IMG/VR virus record: IMGVR_UViG_3300021400_001346
Coordinates: 32,001 to 96,000 of that record
DNA: 64,000 bases
Origin: a virus
Lineage: Duplodnaviria > Caudoviricetes
Direction: 5' to 3' (one strand)
The position numbers and the translations under genes are program-made. Each line of letters begins with the position of its first letter. Within the stretch, counting starts at the first letter, position 1. Shown here one piece after another: positions 28,125 through 42,755 of this stretch. The notes under the pieces were generated by a model, which ran no database searches, was not told where the DNA came from, and saw only the letters and a program-made list of their open reading frames with translations.

Positions 28125-28826
28125 ATGGAAACTTATAAAATCGGAAATAAAATCAAATGTACAATTAGTACATATGCGCCAATTACTATTGGGGATACGC
28201 AATTACTCTACGATCAACAACCTTACACTGTATTGAATGAAGTTGAAGCAAGATTAACTTTTGACGATATCGATACAGTAGGACGTAGTGTCTTTAATCA
28301 ACTCGTTTACAACAATGCAAATTTACGTTCAATTTCATTTTCTGATGTAACACTCAATAATAAAATTTTGAATTTAATTTTCCATAAAATTGACGCAAAA
28401 TTATGCCGCAAATCAGAAAATTGCAACTCAGAAGATAAAATTTTATATCTTTCTACTGGGGCAGACACTATTTACCAAGTATTCATTTATGACGCTGATG
28501 GTCAACTCGCGGCCGCATTTGGCTCATATGACAATCCAGATGAAGGAGTACAATTGCCTGAGGAAGTTGAAGATGGTAATTACATTATCTTTTATTCAGT
28601 ATTTAGCAATTTAAGTTATGAATTTAAAAATAATCCAAACAACTATTTTACTTTAGATTTAGAAATTACTGGAAATAAAAATGATACTACTCATACAATG
28701 TTTATACATCTTGATAAATGCGGATTACAAATAGATAAAAATATGGTCTTTAGTCGTAACGCTAATACAGTTGATTTACGCTTTACGATTATTGATAATA
28801 ACAACAATTATATTGCATTAGAATAG
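28125..28826 (+). CDS. Hypothetical tail-module protein
   Basis: ORF with a TTGATA-17-TATACT promoter upstream. Confidence 0.65.
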   Translation: METYKIGNKIKCTISTYAPITIGDTQLLYDQQPYTVLNEVEARLTFDDIDTVGRSVFNQLVYNNANLRSISFSDVTLNNKILNLIFHKIDAKLCRKSENCNSEDKILYLSTGADTIYQVFIYDADGQLAAAFGSYDNPDEGVQLPEEVEDGNYIIFYSVFSNLSYEFKNNPNNYFTLDLEITGNKNDTTHTMFIHLDKCGLQIDKNMVFSRNANTVDLRFTIIDNNNNYIALE

Positions 28827-28840
28827 AAAGGAGTCGCAAT

Positions 28841-29185
28841 ATGAATAATCAAGAATTACAACAAGCAATTCAAGAAATTTTAGATAAAGACAACTACTTT
28901 GATGCTATTGAAGCAGCAAATGAGTTTGAAAAAGAATATAAAAATAGTGAATTTTTTAAGAAAACTAAAAAGCCTTTAAAAGAAGTTTTACGCGAAGCTA
29001 AGGTTTTCTATACATTCAACTTTAAAAAGTTAGGTGAAAAGGTTCAAACTTTTATTAATGAACTTGACGTTAGTAAACTTAACTCTTTATTTGACCAAAT
29101 CGCAGCCACTTTTGGTCAAGAAAATCAAGAAATTAATTCGCAATTAGAAAGTTTAGCAGATTTTAAAAATATTATTGGTAAATAA
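28841..29185 (+). CDS. Putative tail assembly chaperone
   Basis: Small helical ORF directly before the tape measure gene. Confidence 0.45.
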   Translation: MNNQELQQAIQEILDKDNYFDAIEAANEFEKEYKNSEFFKKTKKPLKEVLREAKVFYTFNFKKLGEKVQTFINELDVSKLNSLFDQIAATFGQENQEINSQLESLADFKNIIGK

Positions 29186-29205
29186 TTTTTACCTGGAGGG
29201 AGGCT

Positions 29206-32200
29206 ATGGCTACAGACAATGAAATTAAAATTACATTAGAAGCTGCAAAATCAGTTAGAGACACCATCAAACAAGAAGGTGGTTTTTCTGGTAGAAAAGG
29301 CGAAGCCTCATTAGATAAAGTTAATAATGTTATTAAGACTATTGAAAAATTAGACCCTTCAAAAACTGACCTATTAAATAAAGAATTAAAAAACTTATCT
29401 TCTTTATTATTGAATGCATCTAAATATACTAAAGGAGTTAATTCTGACCTTGCGCAAGCAGTTACCAAATTACAAGAATTAAAAACTCAACAAAAGGATT
29501 TACAAAAAGAATTACGTGAGGCTTATAAAGCCCGTAAACAATCTATTGAACAATTAAAAGAAGATAAAGAAATTAGTAAATATACCTTTAGAAGTAAAAA
29601 AACAGGTGAAAATGTTTCTTCTTATAAAACAATTTCTGCTTTACATCAAGAAGGAAATCTACAAATTTATAATCAAGCGGGAACTCTTTTGAAAGGCGCT
29701 GCCGCAGACACTGTTTATCAAAATAGTTTTGGACAAGCAGACCTTGCCAGCCAACAAGTTGAAGCATTAAAAGAAAAACTTCAACAAAGCAAAACAAGTG
29801 CTGAACAAGTACAACTTCAAGTTGACCAATTAGAATTACAAGCAAAAGATGGAAAAGCTATTGCTGAAACACTTAAATTTGCTGGACAAATAGACAAAAT
29901 GACTGAGCCACCTGAACAAGATGTCGGTGGATTAGATACTGATGATATTAACTTACAAACTAATGCCATTGACAAACAAAATACTTCTCTTGGTAAAGCA
30001 TTTAAGCAATTTTCTATTTATGCAATTGCTTTAAGAACAGTTAAATCTGCTTTACGTGAAGCCACTCAAACTATTGCTCGTTTAGACCAATATCTTACTG
30101 AACAAGCAATGGTTACTGGTAAAACTCGTAAAGAAACTTATCAATTGCTTGAATCTTACCAAAGCATGGCAGGATCTCTTGGCACCACTACCAAAGAAGT
30201 TGCAGAAGTTACTACTCAATTCTTACGTCAAGGTAAAAGTGTTCAAGACTCTCTTAAATTAACAGAAGCCGCAATTTCTGCCGCAAAAGTTGCAGGTATT
30301 AGTGCGACTGAATCTGTTAACTATTTAACCACCGCTTTAAACGGTTTCCAATTAAGTGCGGATCAAGCTATCCGTGTTTCTGATAAATTCGCCGCAGTCG
30401 CTGCAACCGCCGCTACATCATACGACGAAATTGCTATTGCATTAAGTAAGGTTGCTGCACAAGCCAATCTTGCTGGTATGTCTATCGACTATACAACTGC
30501 CCTTTTAACAAAAGGTCTTGAAACAACTCGAGAAGCGCCAGAAACAATTGGTACTGCACTTAAAACTATTATCGCTCGTATGCGTGAGCTTTCCGATTAT
30601 GGTGAAACTCTCGGCGGCGATACTGATATCAACAACGTTGAATCACAATTGGCATATGTTGGTATTCAATTACGTGATAATAATGGAGAATTACGTTCAA
30701 CTGAAGACGTTTTAAATGATTTAGGACAAAAATGGGATACTTTAAATAGTAACCAACAAGCGGCTGTTGCAAAAGCACTTGCTGGTACACGTCAACAATC
30801 ACGTTTAATCGCTATGATGTCTGATTATGAACGTGTTCTTGAATTACAACAAATTTCTGAAAGATCTGCAGGTGCAACTGTTGCACAAATGGCAACCTAC
30901 CTTGAAGGTATGGAGGCCGCAACAAATCGTGTTCGTGTTGCATGAGAAACCATTATTACTACTGTTGCTAACAATGATTTAATTATAGGCTTAGTTAATA
31001 TTGGAGCTAATATATTAGACAGCATAAATGGTATCCTTGGAACTATGCCAGGTATGATTGCGGCCGTTACAATGTTATCTATACTTGGTTTAAATATTGT
31101 TGGTAACAAATTACGTGAATATCAAATTAGTAAAATACAAGCCAATTTAGACTTACAACGCGCTCAAGCTGACAATAAGGCTAATCAAGGACAAATTCGT
31201 GCAAATATTATTCAATTAGCACAAGAAAAGAAATTACAAAATGCTCAAGCAATAACAACAAAATTAACAGAAGCAGAAACTGCAGCTAAAATGGGAGATT
31301 TAGCCCAAGCTAAAAAATTAACTGCTGAAGCTAAACTTTTAAATACTGAAGGTGATGACCAAATTAATCAGCAATTCGAACTTTTAGAAGGTTTTCAATT
31401 ACAAGCTGATAATTTGGCTTTACAATCTTCTAATCTTTTAGGTCTTGCTGGAGCTTGAAGTGGTATTTTGACAATAGTTAATGCGATCAATACTGCATTA
31501 GGCATTGGCAATCTCCTTCAAATGGCAAGAGTTGCTTTAAAAGGTGCAGAAAATAAAGAAGATAAAAAAGCAATTGCTAACACGATGTTAAAAAATAAGG
31601 CAGAACTTAAAGGTTTACCTGGCCTTATTGCTAAAGCTTATGCTAAATCTGTTGCAAGTTTAGGACCAATTGCTGGCTCTATTGCATTTGCGTCTATTGC
31701 GGCTGCAATCACTGCCTTAGGAGTTATGGGTGGTATTGCAATCGCTGGAGGATTTAAACAAGCGGATCCATTAGACGATATTAATAAAACTTCTAATTCT
31801 ATTTACCAGCTTAATAAATCTACAACCGCTATTAAATCTACTATTTCTTCTTTTGAAAAGTTAGATGAACATATTATTAAAACTAAAAAAGATGCAGAAG
31901 ATATGGCTACCGCCCTCGAAGGTGCAGCAGATAAATTATCTTCTGATACTGAAGGTACTCTTCACAATATGTTAGGTCTTCGTGCCGGACAATCTGCACA
32001 AGATTATTATAAAACTTTAACTAGTGATAAACAACGTTTAGAATTTTTAAAACGTTATACAGAACTTTCTAATACATTAATTCGTCAACAACATGAACAA
32101 ATTATTAGAACTATTCGACAAAATAAACTTAATTTATCATTAGCTGAAAATGCTACTGCGGCAGCCGCAGTATATGCCCGTAACAATCTCGTACTCTATG

Positions 32201-33837
32201 ATTACATTGATGGTTTAGAGATGGAAGCCAATGGGCTTCAAGAAGTAACTCAAGCTATTCTTGAACAAATTGATGCAAATCAAGCCCTTAATCTTACACA
32301 ACAACAAATTCAAGACTTAGCACAAAAAATTCAAGACAGCGGCGCGGCTAGTATCTTCTCCGAAGAAGGCGGTTCTATTTTAGAACGTGCCCGTGCATTT
32401 AGAGACCTTAGTTCCGCTTTACAAAGTGACGCAGAGGCTCTTAAAGCCCTTAATAAGGCTTATTCCGAATGAGTTACTTTCGCCGGCATGGATGATGATA
32501 CTTTAGAGATACTTGATAAACTTAAATTAAATGCAGATAAACTTAATGATTTAAATGCAGCATATACTAAGTTACAAAAGAATGGAGTACCCATTTCTCA
32601 AGAAAGTTATCAGGCTCGTATTCCAATTTTACTTAATACCCTTGCGGCAACTAGCGGAGATGTCGCAGCTACAATTCGTACTGTCTTTGCATCTGAACTT
32701 GATCGCGCCGGCCAAGATTATGAAAAATGGTGGAATGCATTTGTTAGCGTATTAGGAGATTCCCTTACTGTTGGTATTCTCAACATGGGACAAAGTATAG
32801 ATACTCTTCAAAACAATATCAATGCCTTTTACGAAAAAGCATCTAAATGGACCACTCTTACTGAAACTGAGAAAAATGAGTTCTTAGCCGATTACGCTGA
32901 TCTCTTCTCTGGAGAGAATGGTGCAAAATTAAAAGCGGCTTTTGAAAGTGGCAATTACAATCTGATTCATGAAGCCTTACTTAATAATGAAGTCTTACAA
33001 GAACAAGTCGACAAACAACTTCAACAAGTTGAACAAGAACTTGCGGTTGAAAAAGCTCGTATTGGTAGCGCCCGTAATGAGGCTTATATCGCCGAACTTG
33101 AAGAATACAAAAAGCAACTTCAAAACCGCAACAAACTTTTCCAAGCCGATCTCAACTTACGCTTGGAACAACAAAATAAACAATTAGATGAATATAAATC
33201 TTATTTACAAGAACAAGAAAAAGCACTCACTGATTCGCTCAATAAGCGTCGTGATGCTTATGAAAAATACTTCGATGCTATTAATGAAAGCAAAGAAGAC
33301 GAAGAATATGAAGAACAAGCGCAACTATTGGCATCCAACCTTAGTAAACTTGGTTCTACCACTAACGCGGCCGCAGTTAACCAACGTGCCGAATTAGAAC
33401 AACAACTTCGTGACCTTGAAAAAGAAAGACTTGAAACTTTGCGTGAACGTGCGCAAGAAGCTATTTTAAATGAAATGGACGACACACTTAATGCTATTAG
33501 TGAAAAGTTTGATAAGTTATTAGAAAACAATCAAGCGCTTTTAATGGCATTAACAGGACAACTTAACAATCCAGTTGCCTTCCTTACCAGCATGTTGGCT
33601 AACCGTATTGCTGGAGGCGCAACTGAACTCGAAATGCAAGATTACTTCGGCACCTTAAGAAGTACTTATGGTTCTATCTTAAGTGATATTGATTGGGATA
33701 GTTTCTCATTTGGTACAGACGTCAGCAACAATTTAACATTAAATGTTGCCGGCCAAGAAGTAAACTTATCTGCCGCTGATTCAAGAGTCGTCTTTGCTGC
33801 AATTGAAACTGCATTAAAACAAATCGGATACAAATAG
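29206..33837 (+). CDS. Tape measure protein, 1543 aa; TGA at 30943, 31456 and 32470
   Basis: TP901-type core (DKFAAV.., ETTREAPETIGTALKTIIARM, LAGTRQQSRLIAMM), hydrophobic segment, coiled coils. Confidence 0.9.
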
Positions 33838-33850
33838 AGGAGGAAAAATT

Positions 33851-35017
33851 ATGGCTTTAACATCACAGATTTATCCAGGCGTTAGTAGCGATGCCACTAA
33901 AACTGCCAAAAGAAAGCAATTAAAATCCATGATGGATAATTTTTCCACCTTCTCTTGAGATGGATATAATGCATTTGATAGTTTCGGGGCCTTTATTATT
34001 AATGACCGCAATGGACTTAAATTCTACAACGGCCCTACCTTTTCAAATACATATTCTAAACCACAATTCAGCCGCACTAATGCGACTTTATCTGGAGTTT
34101 CATTTAATCAACAAAAAATTCAATTCACTATTGGTGTTTATTGGATTACTGAAGAAGATTATCGTTTATTTTTAAACTGGTTAAACCCATATGTCATTGG
34201 TAACTTATGCTTTGGCTATGATAGTCAATATAGATATGTTTGTAAATTATCAAATATACAAGATAGCACACGTTATGTTTTAGGTTATACTAATCCAACC
34301 CCCAATAATGACTCTTCAGTCAATTCCAAACTTAATTATTCCAAATTATTAGGTGGCAATGAACCCGCTTATTATACAGAATTACAATTAACTTTTGAAT
34401 TACAAGGTGAAAGTTGCGCTATTACTAATACTAGTTACCAATTTAATACAGACGCCATTTTAAGCAACCCTAATGAGGGCATTCAAGCCTATCCTCTTAT
34501 GGTTGGTGACAATCCTCAATTATCTGACTTGCCAATGCCATTTGTTATTTATAGCAACTTTGTTATTAATCACCCATTGGTAACTGAACCTTTAAATATT
34601 ACTTGCCATGTCTGTTACTATGATGGAGAAAATGTAACCTTAAATGCCCTTTCACAAGCAGTTGAAACCGGCGGTAAATTATTATTCTCTATCGCACTTA
34701 AAAATTTAACTTATAATACTTCTGGTGCAACTGATAATAGTTTACCATTAAATTTGCAACTATCTTACGATTCTGAAGCCGGCTTATTATATCTCACCTA
34801 CAACAACTCTAAAAAATACTTAGCAAGCCTTTTAAATACTTCAACAGATGGCAAACACATCGTTAATGCCTTAGACATTAACAGAACTTACATTCCTGGC
34901 CGTTTTGATTTTAGAGGACTCGACTATACCAAACTTTATTTCGTTTTCCAATATGATACGCAATTAACCGCCGAAACTCCTTCTATCGAAGCTTACGGCC
35001 GCACTAATATATTATAG
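33851..35017 (+). CDS. Putative distal tail (Dit-like) protein, 388 aa; TGA at 33956
   Basis: Follows the tape measure gene; STFS[W]DG.., ITEEDYRLFLNWL. Confidence 0.6.
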
Positions 35018-35030
35018 GAGGTAAGACATT

Positions 35031-35654
35031 ATGGCAGATTTAAAACACATAAATTATGGATACGACTTACCATCTCCTACTGGTAGTTTTAACACTTACA
35101 TTCAAGAACTTGATGCGCATTTAGATGCATTAGAAAGAGTTAATTCCTACTGGGATATGATTAGAATTGCAGATGTCGCAAACTCTGCATCTCAAATTCA
35201 ATCTAAAATTAATTCCTTACTTCCTAATACTTCCTTAATCATTAATACAAACGAAGATTCAAACTATAAAAAAGGAGACATTGTCGTTAAAAAGTACGAC
35301 AATTCTACCATTTTAATTCCAGCAGGCAATACCATTACTTATCAACCTGTTAGTCTTACTACTGATAATACCAACATTTATATTAATTATCAATACCAAC
35401 CTAACCCAGTACCTGGCAATATTTCTATTTCCGGCACTATTACAACTCCTACTGGTATTACTACTTATAATAAACAATATACTGTTGCTAGCGGCATCGT
35501 AAGATTTCCTATAATTGAAAATTTAACCCCTATTATCAAATTATACAGTGCAGAAAATGAATTAGTCTACGCTGACTACAATTTGTCAGTTAGTGGTCCT
35601 AATTATCAAATATCTAACTTGCCTCTTGTCGTTACGCACGTTGTGGTAAAATAA
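35031..35654 (+). CDS. Hypothetical tail tip protein
   Basis: ORF, GGAGG RBS, synteny. Confidence 0.6.
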   Translation: MADLKHINYGYDLPSPTGSFNTYIQELDAHLDALERVNSYWDMIRIADVANSASQIQSKINSLLPNTSLIINTNEDSNYKKGDIVVKKYDNSTILIPAGNTITYQPVSLTTDNTNIYINYQYQPNPVPGNISISGTITTPTGITTYNKQYTVASGIVRFPIIENLTPIIKLYSAENELVYADYNLSVSGPNYQISNLPLVVTHVVVK

Positions 35655-35655
35655 T

Positions 35656-37089
35656 ATGAGAGTTTTTGATGATTATTTAAATAATCCCCAATACTGAAAG
35701 AAACATTGGGCACATCTGCTTTATAATCGTGCCAAGTCTATGTACGATTATATTCGTTATTTTAATCCAAACTGGGTTATTTTAAACGACGCCGCAAATA
35801 AAGATCCATGGAAAAGATTTAGTGAATTTGCGACACCTGATAGTAGCATTATGCCTTTTAGCAGCGAGGAAGAGCTAATTGATAATGGATACCTTAAGAT
35901 TTTGCATGTCGATGGAGAAAGAGACAACCGTTATATTATTTTGGCTAGTAAGTTATACTGGCGAGAAGGTATTCTCAATTCTTTCTTAACAAAAGCTTAT
36001 GTTTGAGGAGGAGATGAAAAATCTTGGGAAGACTATGGCGGTACAGTTGTTTCTGACACCGAATGAAGCATTAACCCATTTTTACTTGAACAATTAAATT
36101 CAGTAAATGAAAAACCTTTAGACTTTGAAAATTTAGAGTTTTATAATCCAAGTTTAGATATTTTTGTACCAATTCATCCATTAGCAAGAGACAGCAATTT
36201 ATCTCTTGCTTCATCAGGCTCAAATCTTCCAACTGGAGCCGATGTTACATCTACAGATATTGACCTTTTACCTTCTGATATAGATTTCGAACCTACAGGC
36301 ATTGATATTACTCCTACTGGAGAACTTACTCCTACAGGCGCTACGCCAGTTACAGTTCTCACAGCGAAAATTGATTTGACCGCCACCGATTTACATCGTG
36401 AAACTCCTGCAAAGACTATAGACATTGAAACTAAAATTAATGATGGTGGCATTTCTATTTACTATGGTTTAAGCGATTCATTAATACCAGATTTAACAGG
36501 CAGACCTTTATTACAATTGCCAACTAGTTATGTAGTTTTTAACAATTATCAACCAATTTTTGACGACCCACAAGGAGCAGTACGTAACATTCCTTCATTT
36601 GAAAAACACATGTTGATTATTCCAATGAGCAGTTCATTAGTTTATTCAATCATTGCCGCATACGATAATAACACAATATCTTTTATTGGTCGTCCTGTTG
36701 AAACAAACGGTAATATTCGTCAAATCCTTTTCTCTTACAACCCTTTGCCAAGCCGCTTTACTTCAAAAAAGCCACTTACTGGCAATCTTAGTGTAAATAA
36801 AACTTATTACAACCACTCATATAATGCTAATACTGGGCAAGACGATATTAATATTTACGATTTTACAAACCATGCTGTTTGGAACGGAGAATCTTTCCTT
36901 GAACATGAAACCTACTTTGATAATGCCAATACTTCACCAACAGGCGCAGCCTTGCCAATAGACGAAATGATTTTAGATGAGACCGTTGAATTCGCTTTCT
37001 TTAATATTGATAATTCCATTTCTCATGGTTATACTATAAATGTAAAAAATAATCCATCACCACGCACACACTTGAGGGTATTATATTAG
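35656..37089 (+). CDS. Hypothetical tail tip protein, 477 aa; TGA at 35695, 36004 and 36064
   Basis: Continuous frame joining two track ORFs; PTG micro-repeats. Confidence 0.7.
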
Positions 37090-37102
37090 GAGGTAGTATA
37101 CT

Positions 37103-40100
37103 ATGGCATATTTTAAACTTGAACTACTTACTCCCAATATCGTTTTTGGTACTAATAAAAACTATGGGAATATTACATATTTTAAAGACACCATTAGTGA
37201 ATTTGATTTATCAAATACTACTTTTCAATCCACTCGCTCTTCTGACGAAATGTGGGCTACTACTAATTTTACTTACACATATAATGAAAAGCTATCTATT
37301 CATCAAAATAGTCAAAAAGATTTAACTTTTTCTTTAAATCTTAAAACTTTTTCACATAACAACTGGATAAACAATCCTTTCGCGGATTTACTCCATGTTG
37401 GTAGCAAATTGCTTTTAACTGATAAATATAATAACACTTATATTTTTAATGTTACTAAAATTGAATACAAACCTAATGAAATCAACACTGAGCTCGCTTT
37501 TACTTGCCAAGATACTTTCTCTTATCAACTGGCACGTCAAAACAGCGGCTACACCATTAAGAATGATGAAACATCAGAAGACTTCATTGGCGCCCGCACA
37601 TTAGACTATTGGGCATTAAAAATTGCTCAAGAATGTCATATTAGTTTCGCGGACTACTTACGTCTCGACCAAGGATTATGTCGCCTTACTTTAGCAGATG
37701 GCACAATTGAATATCACGTTACTAATAGTTTTGATAATGTAATGCCTTATGGCGCCGCAGAAGTAGTAGATTTTACTATTGTTAAACCTATTTTTCCTAA
37801 ACCAACTGAATTAGATAAAACTTATGCGGACTACTATGAGGAAATTCCTTTTGCGGTTAGCGGTTCAACTGCCAGTGCGGCACTTATTGCCCTCGGCAAT
37901 GAATTGTCCTTTAACTTAACTACTTGCGATACTTTTGATGCCGAATCTAAACAACAAAAGTCTTATTTCTGGTTTGCGCCTGCACATAATGACCAAATTA
38001 GTGGTCTTACCTATTCTCCTTATAAGAATATTCAATCTTTCTCTTTTGGTAACTCAGGTGAGGCGCTTACTACTGTACTTAATGTCGAAGCGCGCAAATT
38101 ATCTGATGATAGTTTGGTTACTATGCTTCCTGAAGTTAATGGCTTCTTTACTCAATATTTCTTAGATACCGAATGAGAGCAAAGTGTCTTTACAACTGGA
38201 ATGTTTAGTGAAATTTGTCAAGGCAATACTAAAGTGGCCACCACAGACGCTTCTTTTGAAAACGCCTATTTAATCGCTACTACTTACGAAGCCGTTGCGC
38301 CTGAAGCTTTCCGTAACTTATGGTATCAAAGAAAGTTTAGCAAGGTGGTATTAAATGATACTCCTTACATTTGCATACCTTGTTACCAAAATAGTTATTC
38401 CGCACTTTTCCATACTCCTAAATGGTATGGTCGCATTAACTTCCGCACTCATAATCAAGAAGTTACTAATGTTTTAGAAAGCGCAGCCAGCCATATTAGT
38501 TTTAATACTTTTGGTGTTTATTTTGATATTAATACCGCCTTCTTAGGTTTATTCTCTGAAGATGAGACACCTGAATTATTATATTTAGTTGGCGAAGATG
38601 ACCAAGAACTTGCTGTCGAAGCTCGTAATCAAGACTATCTCGCGGCGATTTTAATTCCTGTAGGTCAATTTTATCAAGGCGGCGAGGATTCCATTGATGA
38701 GGCCAACCTTTCTGACATTACCAATTATCACGTCTACTTCAATTGGAATCGTGTACCAACTGAGTCTGAATTACAATTCGCGGCGATCGCAGACCAAGCC
38801 CCTTGGTTAGAAAATAAAATTATTGATTTCTCTTACTTTGTTAAACAACACATCATTAACCAAGACGAATATAGACATTTAATTGATATGCTTTACAACG
38901 AATTGCGTATCGTTAATGGTCAATTGCTCGTTTACTATAAATCTTACGTTGCGGCCGTACAAGCCAAAACTAAAATTGTGGCAGAAGTACTTAACAGTTT
39001 GGATGCCCTTGGCGCGGCGTTGCAAGCAGATGTTATTGATGTTTATGCAACCAAAGGGAAACTCGAAGACTTTTCTTACTTTAATCAAGCCTACAACACA
39101 GTACTTGAAACACAAAAACAAAATAAAACTTTATTCAATCTTCCTTCTTTATTAGAAGAATACTTCCGCAAATATTTCAATGCCGAACAACGTTTCTTAA
39201 AGAATATTCATAGATTCCAAGAATACTTTAATGCACCTGTTTCATTTGGTAAAGAAGGCACCGCTATTTATCAACATGATGTTAGATTGTCTAATAGCAC
39301 CTTACCTGCCGGAACTACTCGTTATGCATTTTTAACCTTTCCAAATGCACAATTCCGCACTTTACCACAAGATTTTGCGGAATGGATAAATGATAAAGAG
39401 AGCATTAATTACGGTCAACCTTATAATACAATCTATTATAAGAATATGGCTTCACCTGTAAAAATTGTTACTCAAGATACATTAGCTAATTACTATTTAC
39501 CATTAATTCGTCAAGATCAAGACTTATTATCTTGCGCAGGTCAAAAATATTCTGCAACACAATCTTATTATTATAAAGAGAATAATGAGTGAAAACAAGC
39601 CGATTTTAGTTATCTTGCTGAACATTACTTACAAGGTAGTAATAGAAACAAATTCTATCTTAGAGACCAAGAATATAAATCTGTTAACAGTCCTGAACCA
39701 TATTTAAACTGGGGCGAAGTTGGCACATTAACAAGTTGGCTTTACAATGAAGATGACTCGAATAAGACGAATGATTTGTTAAGAGTTTTATGTGCATTAA
39801 CCTACAGCGACGCAGAGTTAACTTTAACTGACGCCAACTTGGCACAAACTTTATTTGATGCTTTCAAAAAAGTAAACTTGCCTAAAAATGCTACTCCTTC
39901 TTATACATATACATCTTGTTTTCCTTTAGCTAATGTATATGTTAAAGACTATAAATATAATATTATTAACGGTAGTAACTTATCTATTTCAGTTTTAAAT
40001 CAACAAGGGTTAACATATCAACAATGGTATGACGCACAACTCCAAAAATACCCAGGTGAAGAACCTGTCGCGACAGATTTTACTAACAGTCGAACTTATT

Positions 40101-42703
40101 ATCCAGTTTCATTAGTTACTCCTAATAACTATACTGCTTTTTATCATAGAATCAGTCGTCTTGATACTCAAGTTGTACATCAAAAGAATCTTGATAAACC
40201 TTATTGGCAAACCGAATACGAATTACGATGCTATCCTTCTGTTGAACACTGGGGTCATATGCCTGAAGCTATTAAAAATAACTGGGCAACTGAAGGTAAT
40301 GAATGATTTTATGATTTCTTTAATCATCAAATTGATACTGATATTAATGAAGACTGGTCTAAGGAAGCCGCATGGAACGACTGCTATACTTTAAATCATG
40401 GCAAAAGCGCTGATGCATACGACCTTTATCAATCTTATGTATCATACTTCCAAAGCCATCAAAACGATAGCGGGTTACGTATTGGTGAAGACCTTTATCA
40501 AAATAATGTACATAACTGGGGTACTTTCTATAATTTAACCGGTTGGACATACAACACTATTCGTTCTGATACTTATAATAATGTCTTCTACTATCAACCT
40601 AGATTCTGGAGAATTTTACATAGTCCTACTGATATTATAAACAATACTGACGATTATTATTATTTGCCTATCTACATGTTGGAAACAACTAGTCCTCAAC
40701 CTTTTGATAGTGTTAAAAATAATATATCATCAGCAGCAGGAACCGTTTGCGCTTTATATAAGAATCATGATGCTTTTCTTACTTGACTTTCAAGCAATAG
40801 TCATGAGCTATACGAAGGCGTTACCGATTATATTATTAATCAAGACACTTATTACTTCTTACGTCCGCTTTTACAACCTTTACCAAATATTCCTACCGCT
40901 TCAATGGTACCTATGTCTGCAGTTCCAGATGTAGATAGAACTCTTACTAATTCTACTTTCACATCTGTACATTATCATATGGAAATCACCGAAAAAGATG
41001 GTATGATTCTTCGTATCGCATATTACGATGGTAGCAAATACTTTGTTACTTATGGTTATATTGTACACGATGAAAAATATTTACGTAAAGCAGTACCTGC
41101 CGATTACACCTTATCTATGGGCGTACCATATCAATGCGCAGACGATTTGTCTCCAGCATGGGGTAAATTATCTGACTTTGTAGATGATTTCTATACACCT
41201 GCACAATTAGATGATAACTTTATTAATGCTCAAACTTATTTAGTTAATAATAATATCTCTGATTTCTTAGACGATAATTATATTAACTTACATTTCTATT
41301 ATAAAGACAACGATGAATATTTACGCGCTTATACCATTAAGCAAGTTATTAATCAATCTGATTTCTTCTATTTAAGTAATAATATCCATCAAGAAATTAA
41401 TTTTACTGAAAAGCCTAGTGAATTCACCACAGCGGCGATATTAAATATTGTCCAAGGTGATGATACTACTAATTCTACTTTAGAGAAAATTGAATTATCA
41501 GACCCTATTGTATTTAATTACGATGGAACAACCATTAAGACGGACTTAAATGTAGAACTACAAAAGTATATTAATGCGGACCTTCCATTAATTACTTCTT
41601 ATGCCGTTGCTACTACTCAAATTGGTATGATTGATAGTTCAATTACTAACGGCACCTTCTGGTATAAATACCATGATAAGTTAGATTGGTCTCAAATTTG
41701 AGAATACTCTGCCATTATTGAGTCCGAGTTAGAAACTTACTGGCAAGTGGCTTATGCCGCAAGTAAAAATTGCGAGTATTTCTTACCTGAACATTGGCAA
41801 CAATCTATTAATGGCGTTGTTAACTATTTCAACAATGCAATCATTCAAACAGATGGTACTAATGTAACACTTAGTTCAGAATACTTACCAATAGTTGAAG
41901 TTGTATCTCACAATGGACAAACAAACTTACCAAATTATGTTTTATCCCGCACAGAGAATTTAAAATTTAAATGAACAACCAACCAGGAAAGCGTCGATAC
42001 TTCGGCCTTCCATTTACCTTCCGCGGTTTTCGGCTCTAATCAGGCTATTCAAAACGTCATGAAAGAATTAGGTTTAACCACTCTTGATGACTACTGGACC
42101 GCCGAAAGCTCTGGTTCTACCGTTTATTACTACTCCAATCATGGTGGTATTAAGTGGCGCGATCTCATTCCACATATCAATATGGTAAATACATCTGGTT
42201 ACGATGGATTGGGCGGCTTATATCAAATGATGTTTAAATATTTTAATGAGAACTTCATTAACCAAGATATGGAAACTTATAATCGCCTTGTTGAACGTCA
42301 ATCTAGTGTTTGGAAGCGCATTTATAATTTATACCCTGGTATAGTATTAGAAAGCACATATCAAAATGACTCTGCGACAACATCTGCAGATTTATATAAA
42401 ATGGCCACTTATTACTTTAAAGATTTAAGCGCGCCAGAAAAATCATATAACATTGCATTAATTAACGCTGACCAACTTGAAGGCTATAGCGGCAATGAAT
42501 TACACATTGGTGATTCAATCAAACTTAATATATTTGATTATTACCAAAATACTGAATTATCTATATACAATGCACTTGATCAATATTTATTTATTACAGA
42601 TATGAATTATTCATTGAGAACTGACCATGATTTAAGTCTAACTGTTAATAACATTAAATATCAAGACAAGATGATTCAACGTTTAGCAAAACTTATCCAG
42701 TAG
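37103..42703 (+). CDS. Large tail hub/central fibre (Tal-like) protein, 1866 aa; six TGA
   Basis: TGA at 38174, 39590, 40304, 40784, 41699 and 41972 join six track ORFs; hub-like ends (QKDLTFSL..NPF; ELHIGDSIKL). Confidence 0.75.
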
Positions 42704-42755
42704 AAGCTTTGACTTCTACGGATAAGTAGCGTAAATTTTAAAGAGAGGTATAAAA